A DNA stretch of 63,182 nt, the filler included, from Octopus bimaculoides (taxonomy: Eukaryota): the NCBI RefSeq assembly GCF_001194135.2. It is 5 parts of 4 records of this genome, joined end to end, with 100 filler letters (N's around TTAATTAATTAA, not from the genome) between each part and the next. Parts side by side here need not be neighbours in the genome. Positions count along the whole stretch, not along the records: positions 1 to 14,781 come from NC_068985.1; 4 more parts are not named here. One strand, given 5' to 3'. Within the stretch, counting starts at the first letter, position 1. Each line of letters begins with the position of its first letter. Position numbers and translations under genes: made by a program. Below are positions 1 to 13,933 of this stretch, in pieces. The notes beneath the pieces were generated by a model, which had not been told where the DNA came from, ran no database searches, and saw only the letters and a list, made by a program, of their open reading frames with translations.

Positions 1-569
1 TATATATATGTCTGTCTGTATGTATGCATATATACGACAGGCTTTCAGTTTCCGTCTATCAAATCCACTCACAAGGCTTTGGTTGGCCCGAGGCTATAGT
101 AGAAATCATTTGCCTAATCAAATTTCCCACCCGCTCCATCAAATTTCAGGCCTTAGTTTTGAACAGAAAGGATTCTTATTATCATTATTATTATTATTTC
201 ATTGCGTTTAGATGCAACGCGATGGTGTCAGCCATTTTCTTTCACATTAACCTCTCCCACTTTTTTCTCCAATTGAAAATAGTTGCACTATACCAAATAA
301 CCTGCACAGCCCAAACTTTGATAACGGTTAATCAAGTTCTTGCCATTTAATTTCTGATTTGCACAGAAGAGTCTGTTCTGCTGATATTGTTTTGTACTCG
401 ACTTGTGTAACACATAACCTGATTAGGCTTTGCTATGCTTTACTATTTCACTTCTTCCACCACTACATTCAAACCTTTTAACTTTATTTTATACCTCGTG
501 TGCATGCGTCGTTTCTCTTCCGGCAGAATATCTAGAGCGTTTGAAAAAACTGCTTTATAGTATTCCTTT

Positions 570-741
570 CGGCTCCCTACATTCTAAGCTTTAGTGTCAA
601 TTCCCGCCGAAGTTACCTTTCGTCCCTGTCGATAAAATAAATGTGTCAAGTACTGGGCTTAATGGTATCGACTGGCTCGTCCTCTCAAAATTATTGATCT
701 TGTGTCTAAATTAGAAACCATTATTATTGATAGTGTTGCCG

Positions 742-788
<47 letters not shown>

Positions 789-1215
789 GAGGATGGTTTC
801 ATTGTTGGGTTTTTTTCTATTCTCTATATTACGTATATTCAATTTCCTTTATTTTTCTATCATTCGCTTGCATGTAAGTCCCCTCACTTTATGTCTGTGT
901 TTTGCCTTGACCCTTCATCCGTCACACTGACGGCGAATAAAAGACATCATAATCATGGTCACGATCATCATCCTCCTCCTCCTCATCATCATCATCATCA
1001 TCGTCGTCGTCGTCGTCGTCATCATCTTCATTGAAGGAAATGGATTGGCAGAACTGATAATAAGAGTGTCCTAAAAAATGCCTTGCGGTATTTGTTCCGA
1101 TTCTTTACCTTCGACATTTAAAACTTTTGCGAAGACCAAGTTTACTTTCTCTTGTGTCGGAGTCGATGAAATAGAATAGCAGTCAAGTATTAGGATTGAA
1201 TTGCGTGACTAACTC
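570..1215 (+). mobile_element. Two degraded family A SINEs (about 570-700 and 1032-1215); other degraded copies at about 13290-13500, 16150-16340, 25528-25600(-), 36965-37040(-), 45870-45980(-), 48560-48619
   Basis: Partial matches to the family A core (cattct.ag...caaattcc.ccga, gtcgataaaata). Confidence 0.6.
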
Positions 1216-1327
1216 TTTTTCTTGTGAATGCTTAGCCACACACAAGTTAATCCAGTGGCGGGCAACTCAATTGATTAGGTACCAGAATCCTTATCACCAA
1301 GCGACAGAGATCCAACATGCACATGCA

Positions 1328-1575
1328 TGCTGTACTCCTCCTCCGCAACTTTCTCTCACTCTTTCTTCCTGTTTCTGTTGTGCCTGTAATTGAAAGGGTC
1401 AGCCTTGTCACACTGTGTCACGCTGAATATCCCCGAGAACTACGTTAAGGGTACACGTGTCTGTGGAGTGCTCAGCCACTTGAACGTTAATTTCACGAGC
1501 AGGCTGTTCCGTTGATCGGATCAACTGGAACCCTCGACGTCGTAAGCGACGGAAGTGCCAACAACAAAACAACAA
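1328..1575 (+). mobile_element. SINE family C, 5'-truncated
   Basis: Near-identical to 41905-42141, with (CAA)-type tail. Confidence 0.9.
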
Positions 1576-1823
1576 TGTAGTAACGAGACTGGCACCACGT
1601 AATAACTTACAAATGGGTGTGCTTTTTGTACTTTAGCCAGAACACCCAATGTAGTTTTATCCTGCGCTCTTTATAAAACACTTAATGTCTTTAATGTTAT
1701 TGACCAGATGTATGTAGTCTAGACACATGATAGATGAACACAATATAACAGGCGACGACAAAAAATATATGCAAGCCAAGACGTAAAGACAAGAGCTACA
1801 TATACTTATCTCTCTTAAACACT

Positions 1824-1856
<33 letters not shown>

Positions 1857-2759
1857 GCTCGCACACGCGCATGCGCATATATACATAAATAACCCCCGAG
1901 TATTTCGTATAGTCTTGTATTTCTTTAAGGCTGGCAGGTTTCTAAATTTGAAACTTATCAACCTCAGTGTAAATGCTTTTTTAATATCGTATTTCTAACA
2001 CGTTTGATACTAGACCTTAATTACTATGGTATATTTGTCTCACTACGGCAATTTAGGAACGCTTTCTTTTCCTTAATCTTAGAAAATATCACTCCCTAAT
2101 ATCATGTCACTCATTGCTTCAGGGACTCATATGATAGATCGCCTAACGATTCACAGATCAACCATGCTAAATAGTATTAGTAAAATAAAATAAATAGCAT
2201 GAAATTATTTCGCTGTATTGTGTATTATTAGATTTCTCTCGCATCGTTATTGTCAAATTTATTTCACATTATGCTCATTATGCCGGTTACTAATCTGTAC
2301 CGGTTGTATGATTAATTTCATAGATACACTACAAAAATTTTGACGGTATCTTTCAATGCTTGTCTTCGCTTTCCAGGCTTAAAAACCTGTAGTTTTGATA
2401 TTATTTCATATGATGGCACTTTTAATAGCAAGGGGTCAGAAAAATGTAAGAGGGAAAATTAACAGAATTAGCAGAATAATTAACAGAGTATTGAACAAAA
2501 TACTTTACAAATACCGTCGGGGAAAACTTTGCTATTTCTTCTTCCGGAGTAAATAGAATATAGTAGCAATGGGTTAATGTGCAGTGGAAACACTTGATTA
2601 CTATAAACAACTAATCTATGCAGGTCTTTCATCATGATAGGAGTGTCCTATGTATGTATGTATGTATGTATGTATGTATGTATGTATGTATGTATGTATG
2701 TATGCATGCATGCATGTATGTATCTATTATGTATGTATGTATGCATGCATGCATGCATG

Positions 2760-2973
2760 CATGCATGTATATATGTATGTATGTATGCATGTATGTATGT
2801 ACGTACTAGGTCTGATCAATAAGTATCTGGACTATTGCCATAGTAGCAAAGCTAAAGCTTGNNNNNNNNNNCATGCATGTATATATGTATGTATGTATGC
2901 ATGTATGTATGTACGTACTAGGTCTGATCAATAAGTATCTGGACTATTGCCATAGTAGCAAAGCTAAAGCTTG
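2760..2973. other. Assembly artefact: 102-bp exact duplication across a 10-N gap
   Basis: 2760-2861 is identical to 2872-2973. Confidence 0.85.
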
Positions 2974-3540
2974 CAGAGTAAAGCCACTTGGTACAGATTG
3001 ACCTTAAACCCTGTTGTGCATGTGCACTAAGTTTTAACGTTCTAGCCCACTTCCGCTGTTTACAGCAGTGCTTGGAAGGAAGGTGTGTAACGGGTGATCA
3101 TCACATTGACCATGGCAGAGAAAGTTGTCATGGCGACACCTGTTCAGAGGCCTACGCAAAGTTGCAGAAAGTGTATGGAGAGCTGCACACAAGTGTACGA
3201 GTCGTTTAGACGTTTCTAAGATGGCCGAAAAAATGTTAATAGTGGCGAACGTTCTGGGAGACTTGCAATCAGCAAAACTGAGAAAAACATCGCAGATGTG
3301 CGTGCAGCTGTGAGGGGAAATCGTCTAATCACCATCCGTGAATTATCAGAGGATGTGCAGATTAGTTACGGATCAGTTCAGTCCATCATCCCTGAAGACT
3401 TGGGTATGAGACGCGTGTCTGTCAAATTTGTAACAAAACTGCTTTCAGTGGATCAAAATGACACTCGGGTTTCTCTTGTACAAAATCTCCTTGATTGTGC
3501 CGAGAATGATGAAAACATTTTGAAAAATTTGCGTAGAGCT
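2918..3540 (+). mobile_element. Internally deleted mariner remnant
   Basis: TA then TIR-like ctaggtctgatcaataagtatctggac. Frame 3298-3540 RLITIRELSEDVQISYGSVQSIIPEDLGMRRVSVKFVTKLL (HTH plus WVPHEL-equivalent). Confidence 0.85.
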
Positions 3541-5796
3541 CTGAGCAGGTATCGCCAAGCTTTTGGCAAAATTTGATGTAGACTCTCTACTCAACTTTCT
3601 CTGTTATGGTCAATGCAAAGAACACACGTTACTTTGAAGTATATATGTATATGTAACATATTCTCCTATATGTAACATATGGTATAATTATAAACAAAGC
3701 AAATTTTAGCTATTTCTCCGCAGACTGAAAAAAATATACACACACACACATATGAAATGATAAAGGTGGCTAGACGCAATATAAAATCAAAAAGAAGGAG
3801 TTCAATTGTCACTAATAATGAATGAGGGTGCATTGTAGCACACGCATTACTAGAAATAAGAGTCAAATACCCCCATAGCCACAAACATAGCACAAGTCTA
3901 TGTATTGTCAGGAGAGCTAACCGCCCCATAACGAGCGTGGGTAGTAAATTGTCAAGCTAATTTTGCTTGAAATTAAAGCTCATCAGTAGTACTACTCCAT
4001 CGTTTACATTCAAGTCAAATCCAACCTGTCAGTATATAGATTTTGCCCTAAGATTCAATATGTGTGCATGTGTGTGTGTGTTTGTGTGATGTGCGCATGT
4101 ACACATGCATACATACATACATGCATATATAAGGGGCATTCGTACAATTTCCGACCACAAAAATTTCATTCAAATAGCTTTGGTAGACTATAGGCTAACA
4201 CTTGTCCAACGTACCGCGATTGAACCTCGGATCATCTGGTTTTGTATTGAACTTTGTAACAACACAACTGTATCTGTACTTTATATGAAATAGAGCTCCT
4301 CAGAAAACAACATTTAAAATGGCATTATACATAAATTAACATGCTTGAAATAGTGACTAGAAAATGAATGAAAACTCAGCATAAATACGCAATATCATGT
4401 ACTGTTAACTATCCCAATAGGATGCCAAATAGCATGAGTTATATCTACCATGTGGTGAGCGAGTAAAATACCTCAGGGAAGTGCTAGGTGTACCAAATTC
4501 ACATATGGTAAGGTTTCATATATAAAATATAGGAAGTTGAAAGACTTCGATTAACTAAATTTATTAGCCATGCAATTAGTAAGTAAAAATATTCTGTAGG
4601 GAATATGAAAAATATAAACACAACAAACAGGGTGGAAGACTCCAATAATATCAAACGGTTGAAATTATTGGGGGGAGAAAAAATTGCTGGAAGAGTGACG
4701 TCATCTATGTGCGTAACAAAAATGTCATACTACAGACCAAATGAAAAATAAAACAAAATAACAATGTCAAATAGAGAAGACATTAAGACTCCAAGAGAAA
4801 TAGCAAGTAAATACTAAGGAGGTAGCCATATACCATGCTCCACGGTGGCTTACAAATTAGATTATTGAATGTGTGCTTTATTTAATTATTATTAACTTAG
4901 TTAACTAATATATGTGTGTGTGTTTTCGTATATGTACATATATATATATGCATATAAGCATATATATATATATATATATANNNNNNNNNNNNNNNNNNNN
5001 NNNNNNNNNNNNNNNNNNNNNNNNNNNNNNNNNNNNNNNNNNNNNNNNNNNNNNNNNNNNNNNNNNNNNNNNNNNNNNNNNNNNNNNNNNNNNNNNNNNN
5101 NNNNNNNNNNNNNNNNNNNNNNNNNNNNNNNNNNNNNNNNNNNNNNNNNNNNNNNNNNNNNNNNNNNNNNNNNNNNNNNNNNNNNNNNNNNNNNNNNNNN
5201 NNNNNNNNNNNNNNNNNNNNNNNNNNNNNNNNNNNNNNNNNNNNNNNNNNNNNNNNNNNNNNNNNNNNNNNNNNNNNNNNNNNNNNNNNNNNNNNNNNNN
5301 NNNNNNNNNNNNNNNNNNNNNNNNNNNNNNNNNNNNNNNNNNNNNNNNNNNNNNNNNNNNNNNNNNNNNNNNNNNNNNNNNNNNNNNNNNNNNNNNNNNN
5401 NNNNNNNNNNNNNNNNNNNNNNNNNNNNNNNNNNNNNNNNNNNNNNNNNNNNNNNNNNNNNNNNNNNNNNNNNNNNNNNNNNNNNNNNNNNNNNNNNNNN
5501 NNNNNNNNNNNNNNNNNNNNNNNNNNNNNNNNNNNNNNNNNNNNNNNNNNNNNNNNNNNNNNNNNNNNNNNNNNNNNNNNNNNNNNNNNNNNNNNNNNNN
5601 NNNNNNNNNNNNNNNNNNNNNNNNNNNNNNNNNNNNNNNNNNNNNNNNNNNNNNNNNNNNNNNNNNNNNNNNNNNNNNNNNNNNNNNNNNNNNNNNNNNN
5701 NNNNNNNNNNNNNNNNNNNNNNNNNNNNNNNNNNNNNNNNNNNNNNNNNNNNNNNNNNNNNNNNNNNNNNNNNNNNNNNNNNNNNNNNNNNNNNNN

Positions 5797-5832
<36 letters not shown>

Positions 5833-6249
5833 CACATACGCATACAAACATATATACTGTACACGCATACATTTGCAATGAAACCACTGGGGATAAAAGT
5901 AATTTAACATGCACTGTTGTAGAAGTCATATGCTCGACAGATGTGAACATCTCAGCGATAATCAGTGTATATTAAAGAGGACATTTCTAGACAACTGCCG
6001 CAGAACCTTGGATATAATTTAACTTTTGAACCCATGCTACATTTCGTTATCCTACAGAAGCCTGGGTGATTTACCACGCGAAAGTTGCTTATTTTCGTTT
6101 TTAGCCAAGACAATAATAACTCTTCACCCTCTTACGATAATCTAATACGTTTACGTCAGCGGCCTGCCAAGTTGTAACTGTTATACATTGCTGACATTTT
6201 ACTGATAGATTTCTTCATAGGGGACAAGAAAAAAAAATATATATGTGTG

Positions 6250-6453
6250 TACGAGGGGATGTTGAAATGTTCCTGGCTTTAAGGGTATCTAGAAAGGCCT
6301 GGCTGGAGGCCCACACTTCAGAGTTCTTTTATAGGGCTTAGAAATGCTGAAGGTCGCTGCAATAAGTGTATGAATCTGAATAAAATCATAATTAGCTGAT
6401 CCACCTGTATTTTCTTTTACTGAAAGCCATGAACTTTTCAGCATCCCCTCATA
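6250..6453 (+). mobile_element. Mariner-derived MITE (204 bp including TA target duplications)
   Basis: tacgaggggatgttgaaatgttcctggcttt versus reverse complement of right end tatgaggggatgctgaaaagttcatggcttt (27/31). Internal ggtcgctgcaataagtgtatgaatctg resembles the transposase C-terminus (RCNKC.NL). Confidence 0.85.
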
Positions 6454-7141
6454 GCATAGAAATACATACAGGAAAGCTAAGGTTTCAGAACAAGATGTCA
6501 ACCAGCTAAAATGCACATTACAAATACAATCTGTAAGCAGAAGAGTAGAAATATGAAACACGTTGCTCCAGTTCAGAAATCGACATTGTCTTTGTTGTCT
6601 ACATTTAACCGATGGTGCTTTGTACATTTGTTAGAAAACCAGCTCCTTCCTCACAGAAGAACTTTAAAAACGCGTGCGTATGTGTGAGTGTGAATGTGTG
6701 TGTGCATTTATACATATGCAAGTGATGTGTCCTCACACACACCCACACACACACACACACACAATACACACTCACACATTCACATACATACGCACAAACA
6801 CACAGATATGTGAATGTGTGCACGTGAGTTATTTTTTATTTTCTATGACTTTACAATTGATGTTGATCCATTTATGATCTTGATGCTCCGTGGCACGCCC
6901 CAAAACATTGTTACAATTTGCACCAGACTCGAGATAAGTACTGCGGTTGATGTTCAATCCATATTGCTTTTTCTAAGGCATAGTCAGCATAACAGCTAGA
7001 AGTATCTTTATCACGACATTAGAGTGCATCATGAAATCAGGAAGTAGCTCCGTTACTGCAGTATTGTTTGAGAATAGGAAGGCTTCCTTCAAATCCGTTT
7101 GCACATACATACATACATACATACATACAATCACACCCCTT

Positions 7142-7181
<40 letters not shown>

Positions 7182-7587
7182 CACATATATATATACATAT
7201 ATACATTCATAAGGTTCTCAGAACCATAAAGAAGAAAGCTAACTAAATGTCTACAGATACAAGATATTAGTAGAACTGTCAAAATATGTAAAACCTTTTA
7301 AAAGTTTATTATGTAAGTACATATGCACGTGGAACTATATGCATGATTATACATACGAAAAACAAACCGTTCGCATCTGCGCACGTCCGAACTCGAAACA
7401 CTTGAACATATATCTTCATATCTGCTCAACAACTCCTTCCTTATTGTTGAAATTCCAATGAAGGAACTCAGGATTTAGGTTAGAAAACGAACGCTTTTCT
7501 ATATTGGCAAGATATCTAGAAGTGAAACTAAATACTAATACACACATGTTTATATATACACATACGTTCATATATACACATACATAT

Positions 7588-7625
<38 letters not shown>

Positions 7626-8220
7626 GGAGGGAAGGAAAAGAGAGTGATAATGTTTACTAGAAGAGGAGATAAAGAGAGATAAGTAAGAATTACAAGAGTC
7701 TGTACAATGAAAGAAAGCAAAATTTTATCAGAGAAAAAAATTGAAAACAAAGGATTGATATAAAAAATGTAAGGATATCAGATATAAAAAATAATGAGGA
7801 AAAAAGAAAAAAAAATATTTAAGAAAAACCAAAACAGAACTCGGTGAAGCAATAACAACAATATGAGAAAAAATCCCTGACAAAGAAACCACCAACAATT
7901 TAGTCTTTTATTGTCTGTTAATTGTTTTGTGATGTTTGTGATAGTTATCCAAATTATTTACTTACAGTTGGTTTCAGCAGTAGACATCCGGTTCTATAGT
8001 TGTCTTTCAGATTAAATTTCTATAGCTTCCCTGACTTTTTAATTGTACATATTATTTATACAGACGCATATATATAAACACATACATACATACATGCATG
8101 CATGCATACATGCATACATACATAAATTATTAGATTTATATTATCTTTCCAGAAATATTTTTTCATAAAGGGTGAGGGATTCTGAACGAGAAATTTAAAC
8201 ACGCACGCACACACCACTAA

Positions 8221-8284
<64 letters not shown>

Positions 8285-8761
8285 NNNNNNNNNNNNNNNN
8301 NNNNNNNNNNNNNNNNNNNNNNNNNNNNNNNNNNNNNNNNNNNNNNNNNNNNNNNNNNNNNNNNNNNNNNNNNNNNNNNNNNNNNNNNNNNNNNNNNNNN
8401 NNNNNNNNNNNNNNNNNNNNNNNNNNNNNNNNNNNNNNNNNNNNNNNNNNNNNNNNNNNNNNNNNNNNNNNNNNNNNNNNNNNNNNNNNNNNNATATATA
8501 TGTTTATACTGTGTATCTATACATAAATATTTATGAGAAAACCATGTGCAATATTGAATGCGGTAACAATGACTGCGAGGCACTAGCACGTTTATTTTAT
8601 ATAATTCGCACACTTTTATTGAATTAAATACAAAAGCAAAGTGATAATTAGGAATGATATAAATATAAACAAAACACTTAGAAAGATGTTGTTGCGACTT
8701 ATGATACAGAAACATATAAATGCAAACTAGGTGTGAGGGGGAGAGAGGAGAGGGGAGGAGG

Positions 8762-8983
8762 TTAGATGAAGAGGGGAGGAGAGTTGAGCCCATGTGGCGC
8801 AAAGAAGCGAAGAGAGAAGATTAATCTTTGTTCACGGCACAAATGGGAGTCGGGATGGCCCCTGTGCAAGGACAATCCGAACACGGATAGGTTTTGTAAA
8901 GAGTGACCGATAGAGCGGAAATGGCGCGAGACCGAGGTGTCACTGCCGAGTCGGATGTCTCGGAGGTTTTCTTGGAATACAGT
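8762..8983 (-). mobile_element. Penelope-like element GIY-YIG endonuclease C-terminal fragment
   Basis: Frame TVFQENLRDIRLGSDTSVSRHFRSIGHSLQNLSVFGLSLHRGHPDSHLCREQRLIFSLRFFAPHGLNSPPLFI* matches the EH.R.I...VA.HF...HS..L.V.GL...R..EQ.LIF.L..L.P.GLN pattern. Confidence 0.8.
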
Positions 8984-9243
8984 TTAATTGTTATGCTACA
9001 AATATATGTTAGCAAGGAATTATAATATATACTGTGACCAATGTCAGCCTTTTCTCGCTTTGATTCACTCTATTTTTTGGCACCCTCTTCTCTCTCTCTT
9101 TCTCTCTTTCCTCTTCTCTTCTTACACACTCATACACATACATGTATGTATCCTTCATTCTTCCATTCATACTACGTAAGCACACACATACACACAAATG
9201 CATATAAGCATATATATGGACAGATATACATATATTAATTTCG

Positions 9244-9852
9244 AATTTTGGCACAAGGCCAGTAATTTCAGGAGCCCAGTGCTCAACTGGTATTTATTTT
9301 ATCTACGGCAAAAGGATGAAAGGCAAAGGCAAAGTCAACCTCGGTGGAATTTGAACGGAGAACGTAAAGACGGACTTAATGCTACTAATCATTTCACCCA
9401 GCGTGTTAACGGTTCCGTCAACCTGTCGTCTTATAGATATACAGACATATATTAATGTTTGTTTTATAACAAGTCATAATAATTTCTACTATAGGTACAA
9501 TGCCTGAAATTTTGGAGGAGTAGTCTAGTCGATTTTAACGAGCCCACTGCTTGACTGGTAATTAATTTGTCGACCCTGATAGAATGAAAGACAAAGTCGA
9601 CCTCAGCAGAGCATTGTATATTTCGTGATAACGATTCTTTTCTACTCTAGGCACAAGGCCCGAAATTTTGGGGGAGGGGGCCAGTTGATTAGATCTACAC
9701 CAGTACGCAGCTGGTACTTAATTTATCGACCCCGAAAGGGATGAAAGGCAAAGTCGGCCTCGGCGGAATTTGAGCTCAGAACGGAATGACAGACGAAATA
9801 CCACTAAACATTTCGCCCGGCGTGCTAACCACTCTGCCATCTCGTCGCCTTA
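9244..9852 (-). mobile_element. Three tandem family A SINE copies (9244-9433, 9480-9612, 9637-9852)
   Basis: Each has the gatgaaag(g/a)caaagtc...ctc(g/a)g core shared with 60688-60900, on the opposite strand. Confidence 0.9.
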
Positions 9853-10086
9853 TGATGAGTTACAATGATTAAAAACAAGTCTACATTAAACTGAAGAATT
9901 ATTCAATACTTTTTAAAGTGTACAGAATTGTTATATTTTTATATTAAAAGCGGTGAGTAAATCCGAACTTTCGGCCTGCTGGCTTATGAAGAGCAACATA
10001 TATATTCGACGCTTCCGAAGTTTGTTTATAAAATGTTGTCGCATTCCAAAAGCTATTATTATTTAGAGCTAAATTCGTTGTCAGTG

Positions 10087-10153
10087 GACAGTTTACCTTA
10101 ATGGTAGAGCTGGTATCAGAAGGGCGCAGGTTCGAATCCAGTAGCCGTCTGCT
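10087..10153 (+). pseudogene. tRNA-like fragment (pseudo-tRNA or isolated SINE head)
   Basis: A-box-like ccttaatggtagagc, B box ggttcgaatcc, partial acceptor pairing gacagtt/agccgtc, T-run at about 10163. Anticodon arm not formable. Confidence 0.45.
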
Positions 10154-11577
10154 GGCAACCCGTTTTTTTTTTCTGTTTTATAAGGGTAAACTACCCAAGA
10201 TTTTTGCTATTTTCGCGGCTATACTGTGTTCGAAATTTACATAGATCCTCTCAAGATAAATAACGCTGTATTAAGATGGTGATCAAGATTTCCTTTTTTG
10301 GTATTAATATTGCTGCGCGAACCGGTGTCTCTAAATATATTAGTTTTATGGAAATTACCAAAGAAGGCATGCACATATTTAACGGAACTACATTGAACTT
10401 TGGTGCACATAAGTCATGTTTCTACTCACTGACAACTCATTTTTCTATCCATATTGTCCTCCAGATAAAGGATATTTTGAAAATGTGTTTCAAGCATAAA
10501 TATTATATCTGATTTGAATATGTATTTCTAAAGAAAAAAAAACACAAAAGAAGCAATTCTTTTTAAGCATCCAACTATTCACTCGACTCTTTCTGTCTTC
10601 TGAGGTGTAAATACTTTAAAACGATGCTGCATCCTAGGTATAATAGAGTAATACCCTCAACTGACGACTAGAGTAGAAGTATACTCTACGATTGGAACTT
10701 AATATTCTTGTCTTTTGTCTTTCCATACTATGTTTCGCATTTACACATTCACGCATATAAACCTACACATTCATGTTATAAGATATATGTATGCATGTAT
10801 GTATGAATTAGAAGCCAAAGTATCTGCCCTGCTTGTTCGCCGGTTGGCTACAAATAGCGCAGTGGAGATGACTTTCTCAAAGCGCCGGGTTTTTAAAACA
10901 CCTGAAATTCAGAGAAATTTGAGACGACTCGCTTCAAATCCTATTCTAGAGCGATGGACATCGATTTTTCGCCATTTGTATGGCTTGTCAACATCACGTA
11001 CTCGGATACGAGTTAATGCCAACGACGATGATATGTATGCAAGAATGTATATATGCATATATGTGTATACGCTTGTATTTCTACACACATCTGAACCAAT
11101 ATGTATGCGATGACTAATGGTGTGTTGTTTAGACAAATATTTAGAACAACTGAGACGTACATATTGTTTCACGAGAAACCAAGACCAAAACAGTTTCCTA
11201 TCAATCATCTCACGGCACAAGACATACCATCATAAATAAAATTTTTCTTGTGGCATTCTCAATCCAATTTAGGTAGATTGTCGCTATCTGAGAAATTCTA
11301 GTGACAGAACTATATATATATATATATATAAAATTCATGCATAGTTGTGAAAGCAGACATACATGCATACATACACACATGATATGTATATTGTTTTAAT
11401 CCTAATGATGCGTTTACTCGTTATCACGGTTTCTGGAACTATATTTGTCCAAATAAATAAACTTTTACTACTAAATGTCTAAATGTGTTGAGTACATTTC
11501 TTCCGTTTCAACATCCAATATACATACATGTATACATGTATCTCTATCACTGTGTATATTTATGTATGTATATATAT

Positions 11578-11622
<45 letters not shown>

Positions 11623-13039
11623 CACATATAAATGTATATGTAAATATATATGTATGTGTGTGTGTAGCGTATATACATATATACATATATTAATATGCGT
11701 TTATATGCACATGTAAATATACACGACCATATTAACAAATCTTTGACTTGTGTGTACATGCGAATGTGTGTATGTTTAGTGTACACACACATACACGCGC
11801 ACACACGCATATAAATACATACACACACACACACCTGTATCACATTTGAGATGCCAAGAATTTCCACTTTAATACCACACAAACTCACACACATGCACAT
11901 ACATACGTACACTCTATGTCACTGATTGCAACACATACACATACATATACGTTTAAATCTGGCCTTCAGCGACGAAATGGGTTGAAGACAATCCACTGTG
12001 AAACGCCTGCCTTCTCGGTATGTTTTTACTATATTACCATGGCAAACAAGTTAAAATCCATTAGTGGAAAGCCCAACAGCGTTAAGGAGACAGCTATTAT
12101 TTTCCTTCTTCTATGAAGGTGGCGGTAAGTTAGGGTATAAGGATAAGAAAGGGGAACATCAGATGTAAATGCTCATTTGGGTAAAACGACAAGAAGGAAA
12201 ACAAAACAAAACCAAACCATATATATATATAATTAAATATGAAAAGTCACAATAACAACAACAACAACATCGACAAGAATAAAAGGAGTAATGTAAAAAT
12301 AAGAGTCGGATCCCTAAGGAGATGGGTTGTGTAAACAATGTTGGAATTCATACGTCTTGGTAGTTTGGTAGAAATTACAGCAACTCCTATTGCGCTCCAT
12401 GTCGCTCATTTACTCCCTAGGAGTAAAGTAAATAACACGGATGATCATCAATGTTTTACAGAGTTACGTTGTTGTTGTTGTTGTTCTTTTTCTTCTTCTC
12501 CTTGTCGCTGTTGTTTAGCCCAAGGTAAGCGATGATTGAGCAGGCATATCATTAAATAGATTTCCAGACGTGACCAACTCGTCTTTATCCTGAACTTGCT
12601 TTTTTCTTTTAGATATCGTGTACCTAACATCACATTATTCAATACATCACTTGTTTTTCCAGTTCTAAAACTGTGGAGAGTAATTTTAGAGAAATTTGGC
12701 TGTTAGTTCTAGCAGGTCAAGTGACGAGTTAGTGCATAATGGTGGTCGTGACAAATGAAATAGGATCTATTTGAGGGATGTAAATTTATTCAGAGGGAAG
12801 TGATAAGGTGTATGAGCGTAACAGCAGCAATTCAATACCACATCATATTACCGGGTCAGAACAGGGATCAGGAAAGGTAGGTAAACTAGCTGTCATGGGT
12901 ATACTACTTGTGTTACAGGCAAAGGGAAGTACCCGTGGGTAAATAATTACCTTTATCATGAACCGTTCTAGATCTTTTATTGTGCTCCGGTTTATGTAAA
13001 TACAGCATGTGCTCCACATGTATATGCAATTTACTTGTA

Positions 13040-13250
13040 AATACATGTTGTTCGGTTTGCTAGAAATGGTAGCTTAACCTACCCCAAATCCCATTCTATA
13101 GTCTTAAAAATGGAAGGATACATTAGATAATATAGTTTTATGTTCTCCGTACCCAACTCTCTCTCACGAAAATTTCGAGATGATCACTGTTGGAATATTG
13201 ATCCGTTGGATCATAGATCTGTCCAAACAGGGTTGACCAAGCGCTAAAAT
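13040..13250 (+). mobile_element. Fourth SINE-like family 3' part (reverse copies at about 12480-12610 and 48410-48500)
   Basis: ggatcatagatctgtccaaacagggttgaccaagcgctaaa is the diverged reverse complement of gtttagcccaaggtaagcgatgattgagcaggcatatc and gcttagttccaagtaaaccttgattgagcaaatctatg. Confidence 0.6.
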
Positions 13251-13933
13251 AAATAAATAAATAAATAAATAAATTTTCGTACTACCCAGTACCATGGTGT
13301 TGATTTGGCAGAGTCGTTACAGCCTTGTGTTATTTGTTCTGGTTATATGAGTCTGAGTTCAAATTCTGCCTCGGTCAACTTTGTCGCTCATTTATTTAAG
13401 CTTGATAAATGAAGTGCCAGTCAAAGTCGTGGAGTGGTGCAATATTAGATCATCGAAGGGAATGTCTTATATTATCGAAGGGAATATTATATATTCTGCC
13501 TCTGTACATTCTGAGTTCATATCCCGATTCCTGACGAAAACAGAACGCGACGTGAGTTTTGTAATGCCCAAGTATTCCAGCAGATCATTCTCAACGCCAA
13601 TAAACCAACTGGTAGCACGGAGTGCATTCACTGAGTACTGCACCACCAGAAACTCTACAGTACCTTACAAATTTGAATTACAATAAAAACTAATGCACAA
13701 CACTCTATGCACCACCATAACATGCTTTTCGACCCTCGCACCACCATAACATGCTTTTCGATTCACACCAGCAACGCAATCAAGATGTGGACACGAACTG
13801 GAAAGTTGTCCTGGAGCCTGGTAGATCAAGGGGCCTAATTATAATCTATGTATGCTGTGTTTGTGCTTATTAGACCACTCCCCAGTGCATTGCGTTGCTT
13901 TTGGGGCCTGTACTGTTTCTGAGACAGTCTCAC

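Noticed and set aside
10661-10692. CTGACGA plus 7-bp hairpin; similar hammerhead-like relics at about 7455-7495, 42812-42845 and 52226-52255
   Set aside because: Each lacks an intact GAAA or CUGA core; too decayed to call.
12519-12524. Apparent plus-strand 6-nt microexon tttag|CCCAAG|gtaagc
   Set aside because: Lies in a multicopy repeat end (also 48425-48500, 13200-13250) next to a (GTT)n tail.
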